Below are positions 19,923 to 30,372 of a DNA stretch of 64,000 nucleotides, piece by piece. The position numbers were made by a program, and so were the translations under genes. Location: the NCBI GenBank assembly GCA_031291825.1, contig JARLIG010000004.1, forward strand, positions 22,240 to 86,239, read 5' to 3'. The DNA is from Minisyncoccota bacterium (GTDB taxonomy: Bacteria; Patescibacteriota; Minisyncoccia; Phycocordibacterales; UBA9973). Numbering within the stretch: the stretch's first letter is position 1; the number at the start of each line of letters is the position of its first letter. Under the pieces are notes generated by a model. The model saw only the letters and a list, made by a program, of their open reading frames with translations, had not been told where the DNA came from and did no database searches.

Positions 19923-20618
19923 ATGGCTAAAAGAGGAAAATTGATAGTAATAGACGGCACAGACGGCTCTGGGAAGGCGACACAGGTCGCGCTTTTGGCG
20001 AAGAAATTAAAGAAGGAAGGGCGTACAGTCAAAATTATTGATTTTCCAGAATACTATAAAAATTTCTTCGGAGCTTTTATCGGACATTGTCTCTCTGAAC
20101 AGTATTATAATTTTCTTAATGTTCATCCGAAGATAGCTTCAGTCCTTTATGCTGCGGACCGCTACGAATCTAGTGGAGAGGTAAGAGATTGGCTGAAAAA
20201 AGGATATATCGTGATTGCCAACCGCTATGTTTCTGCGAACCAGATTCACCAAGGCGGAAAAATCAAGAGCGCCAAAAAGAGAAATGACTTTATAAAGTGG
20301 TTAGATGAAATGGAATATGGAGTTTTTAAAATTCCGCATCCAGACATAACTTTATATTTGAGTTTGCCGATAAATATTGTCTTACAACTTTTGAAAGAAC
20401 GCGACAGTAGTAAAATGAAGCGTGCTTATCTAAAAAAGAAAAAAGATGTGCACGAAGCCGATGTGAATTTTCTTAAAAATTCCATCAAAAGCGCCTTGAA
20501 GCTAGAAAAAGAAGTTCCAAACTTTATAAAAGTGGAATGTTCAGAGGCAGGAAAGATTTTATCACGTGAACAAATTCACGAAATGATTTATGCCAAAGTT
20601 AAAAAAGTTATCAAATGA
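19923..20618 (+). CDS. tmk: Thymidylate kinase-like (dTMP kinase family).
   Basis: The P-loop IVIDGTDGSGKATQ and a DRY motif are present. The gene is adjacent to dut. Confidence 0.65.
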   Translation: MAKRGKLIVIDGTDGSGKATQVALLAKKLKKEGRTVKIIDFPEYYKNFFGAFIGHCLSEQYYNFLNVHPKIASVLYAADRYESSGEVRDWLKKGYIVIANRYVSANQIHQGGKIKSAKKRNDFIKWLDEMEYGVFKIPHPDITLYLSLPINIVLQLLKERDSSKMKRAYLKKKKDVHEADVNFLKNSIKSALKLEKEVPNFIKVECSEAGKILSREQIHEMIYAKVKKVIK

Positions 20619-21037
20619 AAATAAAGGTTAAAAAATTAAAAGAAGGTGCAAAGTTGCCGACATATCATCATCCTGGGGATATCGGTATGGATTTGTATTC
20701 AATGGAAACAGTGACCGTAAAACCCAGGGAACATTATCGTTTCTGGCACGGATTCGCGCTTGAATTCCCCGAAGGATATGGAGCTTTTATAAAAGATAAG
20801 TCTAGTATTTCTAAAGCTGGGCTACATCAATTGGGTGGAGTTTTTGACGCTGGCTATCGAGGAGAATACAATACGCATTTGGTAAATTTGTCTGATGCAT
20901 CGTATACTTTTGAAGAAGGAGACAAAGTTGCGCAGCTGGTTATTTTGCCAGTTGAAATAGTAGAGCTAGAAGAAACAGATGTTTTAAGTGACTCAGCTCG
21001 TGGAGAAGGAAAATTTGGAAGCACGGGAAAGAAATAA
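20615..21037 (+). CDS. dut: dUTP diphosphatase.
   Basis: The segments GDIGMDLYS and VFDAGYRGE and motif V SARGEGKFGSTGK are present. Confidence 0.85.
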   Translation: MKIKVKKLKEGAKLPTYHHPGDIGMDLYSMETVTVKPREHYRFWHGFALEFPEGYGAFIKDKSSISKAGLHQLGGVFDAGYRGEYNTHLVNLSDASYTFEEGDKVAQLVILPVEIVELEETDVLSDSARGEGKFGSTGKK

Positions 21038-21058
21038 ATTACGAATTGATAATTACGA

Positions 21059-22774
21059 ATGGAATCAGAAATCAAAAAATTAATAAAAGATGCGCTGAAA
21101 AATTTAGATATTGAAACCAATTCAATTGTTTTGGAACACCCGGAAGATTTGAAGAATGGAGACTATTCAACCAACGTGGCCCTGGCTATTGCCAAAGGAG
21201 TCGAAAGAAATCCCAGAGAGCTCGCAGAGAAAATAGTTGAGGAAATAAAAAGACTAAATGTAGATAAAAATATAGAAAAAGTTGAAGTCGCTGGCGCAGG
21301 ATTTATAAATTTTCACTTATCTCGAAAATTTTTTAGTCAGAGTGTGGAAGAAATTTTAAACCAAGCAGCCGATTTTGGAAAAAATAAAATCCTAGAAGGA
21401 CAAAAGATTATGGTTGAATACACTCAGCCAAATCCATTTAAGCCTTTTCATATAGGGCATCTAATGAGTAATGCTATTGGTGAATCCATCTCTCGTATTG
21501 TAGAGTTTTCTGGAGCATATACAGCACGAGCAAACTATCAAGGAGATGTTGGGCTTCATGTGGCCAAAGCCATCTACGGTCTTTTGCAAAAAGAAGAATT
21601 GCAGGGTAAAGCAGGCACTCACAATTTACAAGCATCCAATATCGGACAAGCATATATCTATGGAGCGAATACTTACGAGAACGATGAAAAAGCCAAAAAA
21701 GAAATTGATGAGTTAAATAAGAAAATTTATGATAGAACTGACAATAAAATAAATGAAATTTATGCTTGGGGTTTTGATGTGACGATGGAAGCTTTTGAAG
21801 ATTTATATGAAATGCTTGGCACAAAGTTTGATTATTATTTCTTGGAAAGTGCGATGGCAGACAGTGGACGAGAGATTGTTAATGCAAATATGGATAAGGT
21901 GTTTGAAAAATCTGATGGGGCCGTTGTTTTCAAGGCAGAGAAATACGACCTGAAGCTTCATACTAGAGTTTTTATAACTTCCACTGGTTTGCCGACCTAT
22001 GAGACAAAAGAACTTGGTTTGACTGAGGAGAAATTTAAAACCGAGCCAGAAATGAATTTATCTATAGTCGTGACGGCAAGTGAACAGTTGGATTATATGC
22101 GTGTTGTTGCAAAGGCAATCTCAATAATACATCCAGAGTTTGAAAATAAAATGAAACACATTACGCATGGGATGATGCGTCTGGCGACTGGAAAAATGGG
22201 TTCTCGTAAAGGCAATGCAATCACTGGTGAATCATTAATCAATGATTCACGTGAAGCTGTTTTTGAAAAAATGAAAGACCGTGAATTTGGAGAGGTAGAA
22301 AGAGAAAAAATTGTTTCTGATGTGGCTGTGGCAGCGATAAAATATTCCGTGCTGAAACAAGGGACTGGTGGAGACATCATTTATGATTTTGAAAAATCAA
22401 TTTCTTTTGAGGGAGATTCTGGTCCATACTTGCAATATTCCTATACTCGCGCAAATTCAGTTTTAGAAAAAGCACAAAAGGAAAATATTTTTCCAGATTT
22501 TGAAAATGTGCCTGCTGAAATTTTTGAAGTGGAAAAAATGTTATATAAATTTCCGGAAGTTGTTCTGCGTTCTGTCTCCGAATATGAACCGCATTATATT
22601 GCAAATTATCTTATCGAAGTCGCTCGCGCTTACAACAGCTTTTATGGGAATAATGTCATAGTGAACAAAGAGGATAAAACCTCGCCATACAAAGTGGCTC
22701 TGACCTATGCTTTTTCTTTTGTGATGAAAACTGGTTTGCATCTTCTCGGCATCGAAGCACCAAAGAAAATGTAG
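21059..22774 (+). CDS. argS: Arginyl-tRNA synthetase.
   Basis: The HIGH region PFHIGHLMSNAIGESISRI and NYQGDVGLHV are present, together with a C-terminal DALR-type region YEPHYIANYLIEVARAYNSFY. Confidence 0.8.
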   Translation: MESEIKKLIKDALKNLDIETNSIVLEHPEDLKNGDYSTNVALAIAKGVERNPRELAEKIVEEIKRLNVDKNIEKVEVAGAGFINFHLSRKFFSQSVEEILNQAADFGKNKILEGQKIMVEYTQPNPFKPFHIGHLMSNAIGESISRIVEFSGAYTARANYQGDVGLHVAKAIYGLLQKEELQGKAGTHNLQASNIGQAYIYGANTYENDEKAKKEIDELNKKIYDRTDNKINEIYAWGFDVTMEAFEDLYEMLGTKFDYYFLESAMADSGREIVNANMDKVFEKSDGAVVFKAEKYDLKLHTRVFITSTGLPTYETKELGLTEEKFKTEPEMNLSIVVTASEQLDYMRVVAKAISIIHPEFENKMKHITHGMMRLATGKMGSRKGNAITGESLINDSREAVFEKMKDREFGEVEREKIVSDVAVAAIKYSVLKQGTGGDIIYDFEKSISFEGDSGPYLQYSYTRANSVLEKAQKENIFPDFENVPAEIFEVEKMLYKFPEVVLRSVSEYEPHYIANYLIEVARAYNSFYGNNVIVNKEDKTSPYKVALTYAFSFVMKTGLHLLGIEAPKKM

Positions 22775-22785
22775 TAGAATGGGGT

Positions 22786-24204
22786 GTGACTCAAGAACAA
22801 GCTTTAGATATTTTAAAAACTGGCGCGAATGTTTTTCTCACAGGCGAGCCGGGGGCTGGGAAGACGCATACCATAAATACTTTTGTGGATTATTTGCATA
22901 GATGTGGTGTCGAGCCGGCGGTGACAGCTTCGACGGGTATTGCTGCCACGCATATCGGCGGAATGACTATTCATTCTTGGAGTGGAATCGGAATTAAAAC
23001 AAAATTGGATAAATACGATTTGGATAAAATTGCGAGCAGTGAATATATTGCCAAGCGCATTAATCGCACGAAAGTATTAATCATTGACGAGGTGTCGATG
23101 TTGTCTGCAAATACACTAGATATGGTGGATATGGTTTGTCGGGAGGTGAAACAAAGCGGTGAACCTTTTGGCGGCATCCAGATTGTTTTAGTTGGTGATT
23201 TTTTTCAATTACCACCAATCATTAAAACAGATTTTACGCAAAATAAACAAAGTTCATTTATTTCTGACAATGGAGGTTCTAAAATTTTTGCCTGTGATAG
23301 CGGAGCATGGCAGAGGGCACGGCTCGTCGTGTGCTATCTGACCGAACAACATAGACAAGACGATAAAGATTTTCTGTCGGTGCTTTCAGCTATCCGTGGC
23401 AATAATGTTTTGGAAGAGCATAGAAATTATATAAATTCTAGGCAAATTGATAATTATGATATGCCAGAAAATACCACAAAGCTTTTTTCGCACAATTTTA
23501 ATGTAGACAAAGTGAATGATGCGGAACTTTCGAAAATAGAAGATGTATCGAAGAATTTTGAAATGATTTCAACTGGGAATGACAAATTGGTAGAAATTTT
23601 AAAGAAGGGATGTTTGTCTCCAGAAAATTTAGAACTGAAAGTCGGAGCGGTGGTCATGTGTACAAAAAATAACCAGAAAGAACATTTTGTTAATGGGACG
23701 CTGGGAATTGTCATAGAATTTGATGAATTTAGCGGGTATCCAATTATCAAAACCAGAAGTGGATACAAGGTGACTATCTCGCCGATGGATTGGGCGGTTG
23801 AAGAAAATGGAAAAATTCGAGCGCAGATAACTCAAGTGCCACTCCGTTTGGCTTGGGCGATAACCGTGCACAAAAGCCAAGGCATGAGTCTAGACGCGGC
23901 AGTCATGGATTTATCGCAAGTGTTTGAATACGGGCAGGGGTATGTGGCGCTGTCTCGCGTGCGCAGACTTTCTGGGCTATACATTCTCGGCATAAATGAA
24001 CAAGCTTTAAAAGTTAGCCCAAAAATCTTAGAAAAAGATATTGATTTTAAAAAACAATCCAAAGAAGCAGTAAAAGTTTTTGGAAAATTGTCGGCAGATG
24101 AACTCAAAAAAATGCATGAGAATTTTGTCATTGCTTGTGGAGGAAAAAAGCAAAAAAGAGGAATAATGAAAAAAGAAAAATTTTATGCTAAAATCAGCAA
24201 ATAA
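22786..24204 (+). CDS. PIF1/RecD-family ATP-dependent DNA helicase; a GTG start is predicted.
   Basis: Walker A LTGEPGAGKTHT, Walker B LIIDEVSML and the segment ITVHKSQGMSLD are present. Confidence 0.65.
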   Translation: MTQEQALDILKTGANVFLTGEPGAGKTHTINTFVDYLHRCGVEPAVTASTGIAATHIGGMTIHSWSGIGIKTKLDKYDLDKIASSEYIAKRINRTKVLIIDEVSMLSANTLDMVDMVCREVKQSGEPFGGIQIVLVGDFFQLPPIIKTDFTQNKQSSFISDNGGSKIFACDSGAWQRARLVVCYLTEQHRQDDKDFLSVLSAIRGNNVLEEHRNYINSRQIDNYDMPENTTKLFSHNFNVDKVNDAELSKIEDVSKNFEMISTGNDKLVEILKKGCLSPENLELKVGAVVMCTKNNQKEHFVNGTLGIVIEFDEFSGYPIIKTRSGYKVTISPMDWAVEENGKIRAQITQVPLRLAWAITVHKSQGMSLDAAVMDLSQVFEYGQGYVALSRVRRLSGLYILGINEQALKVSPKILEKDIDFKKQSKEAVKVFGKLSADELKKMHENFVIACGGKKQKRGIMKKEKFYAKISK

Positions 24205-27200
24205 TGGCTGAAAACATAGAACACAATAAATCAGAAGCAGCTTTGCGCGAAGAACGCATTTTGGAGTTTTGGAAAGAAAATAAAATTTTTGAGAAATCTT
24301 TAAAGCAAACAGAGGGAGAAAAGGAATTTATTTTTTACGAAGGTCCACCGACAGCAAATGGAAAGCCAGGGATACATCACTTAGAAGCTCGAGCTTTTAA
24401 GGATGCGATTCCGAGATATAAAACAATGCAAGGTTTTCATGTGCGTCGCAAGGGTGGATGGGATACGCACGGTTTGCCAGTGGAACTGCAAGTGGAAAAA
24501 AAGCTTGGCTTAAATTCAAAAAAGGGAATCGAAGAATATGGCATCGCGAAATTCAATCAAGAATGTAAAGAATCCGTTTGGGAATATTTGGAAGTTTGGA
24601 ATAAATTTACCAAACGTATTGGCTATTGGGTAGACCAAGAGAATGCTTATGTCACTTATCACAATGATTACATTGAATCAGTCTGGAATATCGTCAAAAA
24701 AATAAACGAACAAAAATTACTTTATAAAGATTATAAAGTTGTGCCATGGTGTCCGCGTTGTGGCACCGCGCTTTCTTCACACGAGCTCGCGCAAGGGTAT
24801 GAAGAAGTGAAAGATTTGTCGGTGACAGCAAAATTTAAAGTTGTTCCGTCGGCACAAAAGAATCCTTCGGCATTACTCCACCCTATGGGCGGAACCTTCC
24901 GCCTTCAGGATTCTTCTGTGCCGACTTACATACTGGCTTGGACGACCACTCCGTGGACTTTACCAGGCAATGTTGCTCTTGCTGTCGGGGAAAAACTTGA
25001 TTATGTAAAAATAAAAGTTGGAAATGAATTTTTTATTCTAGCCAAAGCACGACTTTCTGTAGTGGAAGGTGAGTATGAAATTATAGAAGAAATAAAAGGT
25101 AAGGATTTGCTTGGTTTAGAATACGAACCACTTTATCCATTTCTTTCAAATACGGTTTTTGAAACTGAAAAATGGAAAATGGAAAAAGCCTACAAAGTTT
25201 ACGGAGCAGGTTTCGTGACGACCGAAGACGGTACGGGTGTGGTACACACCGCCGTGATGTATGGGCAGGACGATTTTGTCTTAGGAACAAAGGTTGGTTT
25301 GCCGAAACATCATTTGGTTGGTTTGGACGGAAGATTTTTAGCTGGCACAGGAATTTTTGAAGGTCGCTTTGTTCGCGACGAAGACGTGGCGGTGGATGTC
25401 ATTAAAGATTTAGCGCATCGCGGACTTTTATTTAAGAAAGAAAAATATGAGCACTCTTATCCGCATTGTTGGCGATGTAAAACAGCGCTGATTTATTACG
25501 CGCGAGATTCATGGTATATAAAAGTTTCCGACCCATTGATAAAAGACAAAATGATTTCCGAAAATAAAACAATCAATTGGGAGCCTTCACATATTCGCGA
25601 TGGACGTTTTGGCGAATGGTTGCGCGAGATAAAAGATTGGGCGGTTTCTCGCGAAAGATATTGGGGAACGCCGCTACCGGTTTGGACTTGTGAAGACTGC
25701 AAGACAGTCGAAGTCATCGGCAGCGTGGAGGAAATAAAAGATAAAACAAAAAAGTCTGGCAATAAGTATTTTGTGATACGTCATGGCGAAGCGGAAAACA
25801 ATGCGAAAAATATTTATTCTTCCGACCCAAATATAAATCATCTAACTGAAAAAGGAAAAGAGCAGGTTTTAAAAACAGCGAAAGAGCTTATAAATAAAAA
25901 AGTTAGTATAGTTTATTGTTCGCCCTTTTTGCGAACACGAGAAACAGTGGAAATTGTCTCGGAAAAAATTGGTTTTCCAAAAGATAAAATTATTTATGAT
26001 GACAGAATCCGTGAATTAGGACTTGGTGATTTTTCTGGAAAGTCTTCTGAGAAATATTTAGATTTTGCTGAAGGAAAAACTTGGACTTTTGATGAGAAAA
26101 TTCCAGGAGGAGAAAGTTATCAAGACACGAAGAATCGTTTCGGAGAATTTTTGTATGAAATTGATCAAAAACATCACAATGAGACAATTTTAATTGTTTC
26201 TCATGGATTGGCAGTGGAAGTAATTCCAAGCATCATTGAAGGAGCCGACAAAAAACGTTCATTAGAAATTTTTACTGCACAAGAAAGCAATAAGACCGCT
26301 TCTTTGCATAAAGAACATAATTTTATTCCAATTCCGCACAACGAAAATTACGAACTAGATTTACATCGACCATATATTGATGAAGTGAAGCTTGTTTGTT
26401 CTTGTGGTGGGAATTTGGTGCGCACCAAAGAAGTTATGGATGTCTGGCTAGATTCTGGCGCTATGCCTTTTGCTCAAGACCACTATCCTTTTGAAAACAA
26501 AAAATGGGTGGATGGAGTGGGATATCCGGCGGATTTTATTTCCGAAGCCATTGACCAAACGCGCGGATGGTTTTACACCTTGCATGCCGTCGGTGTGTTG
26601 ATGGGGCGGGGTAAGGCGTATAAAAATGTAATTTGTCTTGGGCATTTGCTTGATGCAAAGGGTAAAAAGATGTCCAAATCCTTGGGCAATATTGTGGATC
26701 CTTGGGAAGCGATGGATAAATATGGTGCGGACACACTTCGTCTTTGGATGTATTCCGTCAATCAGCCTGGCGAATCTAAAAATTTTGATGAAAAAACAGT
26801 TGCACTGCTCCACCAGCAAGTTTTTGGTTTGCTTTACAATGTTTTAGCATTCTATGAGCTTTATCGAGACAAAGAAGCAGAGAGGTCGTACCTTGAGAAT
26901 TCAAAAAGGTACAACCTCGAGAATTTAAATGTTCTAGACCAATGGATTTTGGCCAGACTCGATGAATTGATAAAAATTTCTACAGATAACTTAGACAATT
27001 ATAAACTTCTTGAACCAACGCGCGCGATTCGTGACTTTGTTGGCGACCTTTCCACTTGGTATCTACGACGCTCTCGAGACAGAATAAAAGATGCAAATAA
27101 TGAAGACAGTAAAGAAGCCAAACAAACTTTGTATTTCGTTTTAAAGACTCTTGTAAAAGTCATGGCACCATTTGCGCCCCTAGCGGCTGAAGATATTTGG

Positions 27201-27755
27201 TTGAAATTAAAAAATGAGCAAGATGTGGAAAGTGTGCATCTGACCGAATGGCCAAAAACTGAGAAAGTAAATACCCAGATTCTTGATGATATGAAAAAAG
27301 TTCGAGAAATCGTGACGCTTGGTCTTGAGGCTCGCCAAAAAGCTGGAATAAAAGTGCGTCAGCCACTAAATCAATTACAAATCAAGAATTACGAACTAGG
27401 AATTGAATACACAGAATTGATTAAAGAAGAATTGAATGTAAAAGAAATAAAAGAAAATAAAAACATCGAAAACGAAGTTTTGTTGGATGTGAAAATTGAT
27501 GAAGAATTAAAACAAGAGGGAGATTACCGTGAATTGATGCGCGCTCTGCAAGATATGCGCAAGAAAATGGGACTTACCCCAAGTGATGTTGTTTCAGTGG
27601 TTTTTGAAACCGACGAAGCAGGTAAAAATTTAATTGAAAAATTTGAAGCAGATATGAAAAAAACCATACTAGCGTCAAAAATAAAATTCAAAGAAAGCGG
27701 TGGTGAGGAAATAAAAATAGATGAGTTGGTTTTTAAAGTAAAAATAGAAAAATAA
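24204..27755 (+). CDS. ileS: Isoleucyl-tRNA synthetase (type-2/eukaryote-like) carrying an inserted histidine-phosphatase (PGAM-like) domain.
   Basis: Catalytic-core motifs PPTANGKPGIHHLEAR...GWDTHGLPVE, Zn knuckles WCPRCG and CEDCK, and DQTRGWFYTL are present. The editing domain contains TTPWTLPGN. KMSKS is present; the segment DLHRPYID is normally found in type-2 IleRS. The insert spans roughly nt 25764-26300 and contains VIRHGEAENN, SPFLRTRET, PGGES and IVSHG. Confidence 0.8.
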   Translation: MAENIEHNKSEAALREERILEFWKENKIFEKSLKQTEGEKEFIFYEGPPTANGKPGIHHLEARAFKDAIPRYKTMQGFHVRRKGGWDTHGLPVELQVEKKLGLNSKKGIEEYGIAKFNQECKESVWEYLEVWNKFTKRIGYWVDQENAYVTYHNDYIESVWNIVKKINEQKLLYKDYKVVPWCPRCGTALSSHELAQGYEEVKDLSVTAKFKVVPSAQKNPSALLHPMGGTFRLQDSSVPTYILAWTTTPWTLPGNVALAVGEKLDYVKIKVGNEFFILAKARLSVVEGEYEIIEEIKGKDLLGLEYEPLYPFLSNTVFETEKWKMEKAYKVYGAGFVTTEDGTGVVHTAVMYGQDDFVLGTKVGLPKHHLVGLDGRFLAGTGIFEGRFVRDEDVAVDVIKDLAHRGLLFKKEKYEHSYPHCWRCKTALIYYARDSWYIKVSDPLIKDKMISENKTINWEPSHIRDGRFGEWLREIKDWAVSRERYWGTPLPVWTCEDCKTVEVIGSVEEIKDKTKKSGNKYFVIRHGEAENNAKNIYSSDPNINHLTEKGKEQVLKTAKELINKKVSIVYCSPFLRTRETVEIVSEKIGFPKDKIIYDDRIRELGLGDFSGKSSEKYLDFAEGKTWTFDEKIPGGESYQDTKNRFGEFLYEIDQKHHNETILIVSHGLAVEVIPSIIEGADKKRSLEIFTAQESNKTASLHKEHNFIPIPHNENYELDLHRPYIDEVKLVCSCGGNLVRTKEVMDVWLDSGAMPFAQDHYPFENKKWVDGVGYPADFISEAIDQTRGWFYTLHAVGVLMGRGKAYKNVICLGHLLDAKGKKMSKSLGNIVDPWEAMDKYGADTLRLWMYSVNQPGESKNFDEKTVALLHQQVFGLLYNVLAFYELYRDKEAERSYLENSKRYNLENLNVLDQWILARLDELIKISTDNLDNYKLLEPTRAIRDFVGDLSTWYLRRSRDRIKDANNEDSKEAKQTLYFVLKTLVKVMAPFAPLAAEDIWLKLKNEQDVESVHLTEWPKTEKVNTQILDDMKKVREIVTLGLEARQKAGIKVRQPLNQLQIKNYELGIEYTELIKEELNVKEIKENKNIENEVLLDVKIDEELKQEGDYRELMRALQDMRKKMGLTPSDVVSVVFETDEAGKNLIEKFEADMKKTILASKIKFKESGGEEIKIDELVFKVKIEK

Positions 27756-27790
27756 TTCTTTGTGTTAAAATATCTTTAAGCTAAATAAAG

Positions 27791-28372
27791 ATGCATCATA
27801 TCTATCACACCGAAGGCTTAATATTGGGTAGTAAAAATTCTGGCGAGGCTGGAAAATATTATTCTATTTTTACTCGCGACCTTGGGATGGTTTATGCGAC
27901 AGCACAGGGGGTGAGAAAAATGTCTTCAAAGTTGCGTTTTGTTCTGCAAGATTTTTCTTATGTAAAAATTGACTTAGTTCAAGGTCGCGACTTTTGGCGA
28001 GTGACCAGCGCCTCCAAGACCAATATGCTGGAACAGGTTGTAAAAAATCGAGAAACTTTTGAAGTTTTTTATAATATTGGAAATTTATTGAAAAGATTGC
28101 TGGCAGGCGTGGAGCCGAACGAAGCCTTATTTACTGATTTAGTGAGTGGTTTATCCCTTTTAGAAAAAGTAGAGAATCAAAATGATTTAAGAAATATTGA
28201 AGCAGTTATTGTTTTACGTATCTTAAGCAATCTAGGATATATTGGCGGCAATGAGGCATTACAAAGCTTGATCAAGTCTCCATTTGAAGCTGAATTACTG
28301 TTTGAAATTTCTAAATCCAGAATAGAAGTATTACGGCAGATAAACAAAGCTCTAAAAGAGACACATCTATAA
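27791..28372 (+). CDS. recO: DNA repair protein RecO (short form).
   Basis: The N-terminal OB-fold pattern EGLILGSKNSGEAGKYYSIFTRDLGMVYATAQGVRK matches RecO. Confidence 0.65.
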   Translation: MHHIYHTEGLILGSKNSGEAGKYYSIFTRDLGMVYATAQGVRKMSSKLRFVLQDFSYVKIDLVQGRDFWRVTSASKTNMLEQVVKNRETFEVFYNIGNLLKRLLAGVEPNEALFTDLVSGLSLLEKVENQNDLRNIEAVIVLRILSNLGYIGGNEALQSLIKSPFEAELLFEISKSRIEVLRQINKALKETHL

Positions 28373-28391
28373 AAAGTATATCTTCTAATTT

Positions 28392-30344
28392 TTGCACTTA
28401 GATGATACAATTCTACATATGCCGTCTGACGACAAGAACAATCTCAATCGACTTGAAGAGCTAAAGAGTAAACTCTTTAGTAAAAATTATCAGACCAAGA
28501 TAGAACATAGAGACGTTTTTTCTCATGCGCAAAGAAATGACCTAGAGGATTCTTGGGAAAAAGTTGAAAAAGATAGTAGTGGGGTGGCGAGCAGATTTTT
28601 TATGAATACATCTCTTTTTAAAAAATTCTTTTTTTTCTCTGTCGGTGTTTTTATTTTAGCCTTGGTTTATGTCGGTTATATTTCTTTTATTGGAGGCAAT
28701 ACGGTTTCGAATAACAATATTGATATTTCTGTGGTTGGTAATAATTTTACGGCTGGCGGAGAAGCACTGCCATTGATTGTTCAGGTTACCAATAGAAATA
28801 ATTCAGCACTCGAATTAGCGGATTTGGTAATGCAATATCCAAACGGGAGCTCTTCTGATGCGTCTTCTACCTTACGCGAATCTCTGGGCACGATTGGCGC
28901 GGGGGCAGTTGTAAATGAAAATTTAAAACCTGTGCTATATGGCGAGCAGGGTAGCACCGCTACCATAACCTTTTCTTTGGAATATCATATTCCTGGCTCC
29001 AATGCGATTATCGTAAAAAGCCAACCTTACGTTGTTACTATAAATTCCACGCCGATAAATATTTCTGTAGATGCTCCACCCACCCTAAGTCCAAATCAGG
29101 CTATTGCTTTAAATGTGAAAACTACACTCAATTCCACCACTACCATTCCAAATGTTCTAGTAAAGGTTGATTATCCGATTGGATTTCAATTTTCTTCTGC
29201 TACGCCCGCTCCTTCTTTTGGCAATAACGTTTGGAGCTTGGGTGACTTAGCTCCTGGCGCAGAGCACGATATTTCTATTTCTGGAACCATGGTTGGTGTT
29301 TTTAGTGGAGACCAAAAAACTTTCAATATTTCAAGTGGTTCACAGTCTAGCACCGACAAGTCTGCAATTGACGTAGTTTTTAATTCTGTACAGCAGACGG
29401 TTGCAATACAAAAACCTTTCATCGAAGCAGACCTTGCGGTGAATGGTGTTTCAGGAAATTCTTTTACGACAACTTCTAAGACACCTATTAATGCGACCAT
29501 CAATTATGTAAATAATTTAGACACGACGGTTGATAATGTGCAAATTGTTGCCAAGATATCAGGCAATGCTTTTGATCCAAGCACTATAAATGCGTCACAG
29601 GGTTTTTATGATTCTTCAGCCAATACAATAACTTGGGATAAAAACTATCAAAAACAACTCGCTCAAGTAAATCCTGGTGATTCTGGTTCTTTGAATTTTT
29701 CTCTTAACCCTCTTTCTTTATTCTCTGCTAGGGGAGGTCTGTTACCCACGCCGACCATTAACGTGGAAATAGATATTTCAGGGCAACAGGCAAATTCTGG
29801 TTTTGCGGTGAACAATATAACTAACTCTTCTTCAGCTACAGTGAAAGTTATTTCTGATGTCGGATTTTCCGATAAAGCACTATATTATTCTGGACCTTTT
29901 ACCAATACTGGTCCGATACCTCCAGACGTTGGCAAAATTACGACTTATACTATAGTTTGGACACTTTCCAATACTGCTAATAGTATTTCCAATGCGCAAG
30001 TTATTTCGTCTCTGCCAGAATGGATAAATTTTGTTGGACCCATATCACCAACGAGTGAAAACTTAACTTATAATTCCACTACTAGACAATTAATTTGGAA
30101 TGCCGATAGAATTCCTTCTGGCGCAGGTCTCACTGGGACGGCACGCTCAGTTTCTTTTCAGGTTTCTTTTAATCCTTCACTCTCACAAGTCAGCACTACT
30201 CCGATTATTCTCAATGGTGCTGTTTTGACGGGGCACGATGATTTTGCTAATGTGGACTTAACGGTCAGCAAAGCCGCGCTCAGTACCAATTTATCCAACG
30301 ACACTGCTTTCCCGGGAGGCGGGGGGAACGTGGTAAGTAATTAA
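28392..30344 (+). CDS. Hypothetical membrane-anchored surface protein (single TM, large S/T/N-rich ectodomain).
   Basis: A TM helix FFFFSVGVFILALVYVGYISFIGG comes after about 70 aa. No recognisable catalytic motifs were seen. An alternative start is at 28419. Confidence 0.4.
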   Translation: MHLDDTILHMPSDDKNNLNRLEELKSKLFSKNYQTKIEHRDVFSHAQRNDLEDSWEKVEKDSSGVASRFFMNTSLFKKFFFFSVGVFILALVYVGYISFIGGNTVSNNNIDISVVGNNFTAGGEALPLIVQVTNRNNSALELADLVMQYPNGSSSDASSTLRESLGTIGAGAVVNENLKPVLYGEQGSTATITFSLEYHIPGSNAIIVKSQPYVVTINSTPINISVDAPPTLSPNQAIALNVKTTLNSTTTIPNVLVKVDYPIGFQFSSATPAPSFGNNVWSLGDLAPGAEHDISISGTMVGVFSGDQKTFNISSGSQSSTDKSAIDVVFNSVQQTVAIQKPFIEADLAVNGVSGNSFTTTSKTPINATINYVNNLDTTVDNVQIVAKISGNAFDPSTINASQGFYDSSANTITWDKNYQKQLAQVNPGDSGSLNFSLNPLSLFSARGGLLPTPTINVEIDISGQQANSGFAVNNITNSSSATVKVISDVGFSDKALYYSGPFTNTGPIPPDVGKITTYTIVWTLSNTANSISNAQVISSLPEWINFVGPISPTSENLTYNSTTRQLIWNADRIPSGAGLTGTARSVSFQVSFNPSLSQVSTTPIILNGAVLTGHDDFANVDLTVSKAALSTNLSNDTAFPGGGGNVVSN

Positions 30345-30372
30345 ATTACGAATTAAGAATTACGAATTAACA

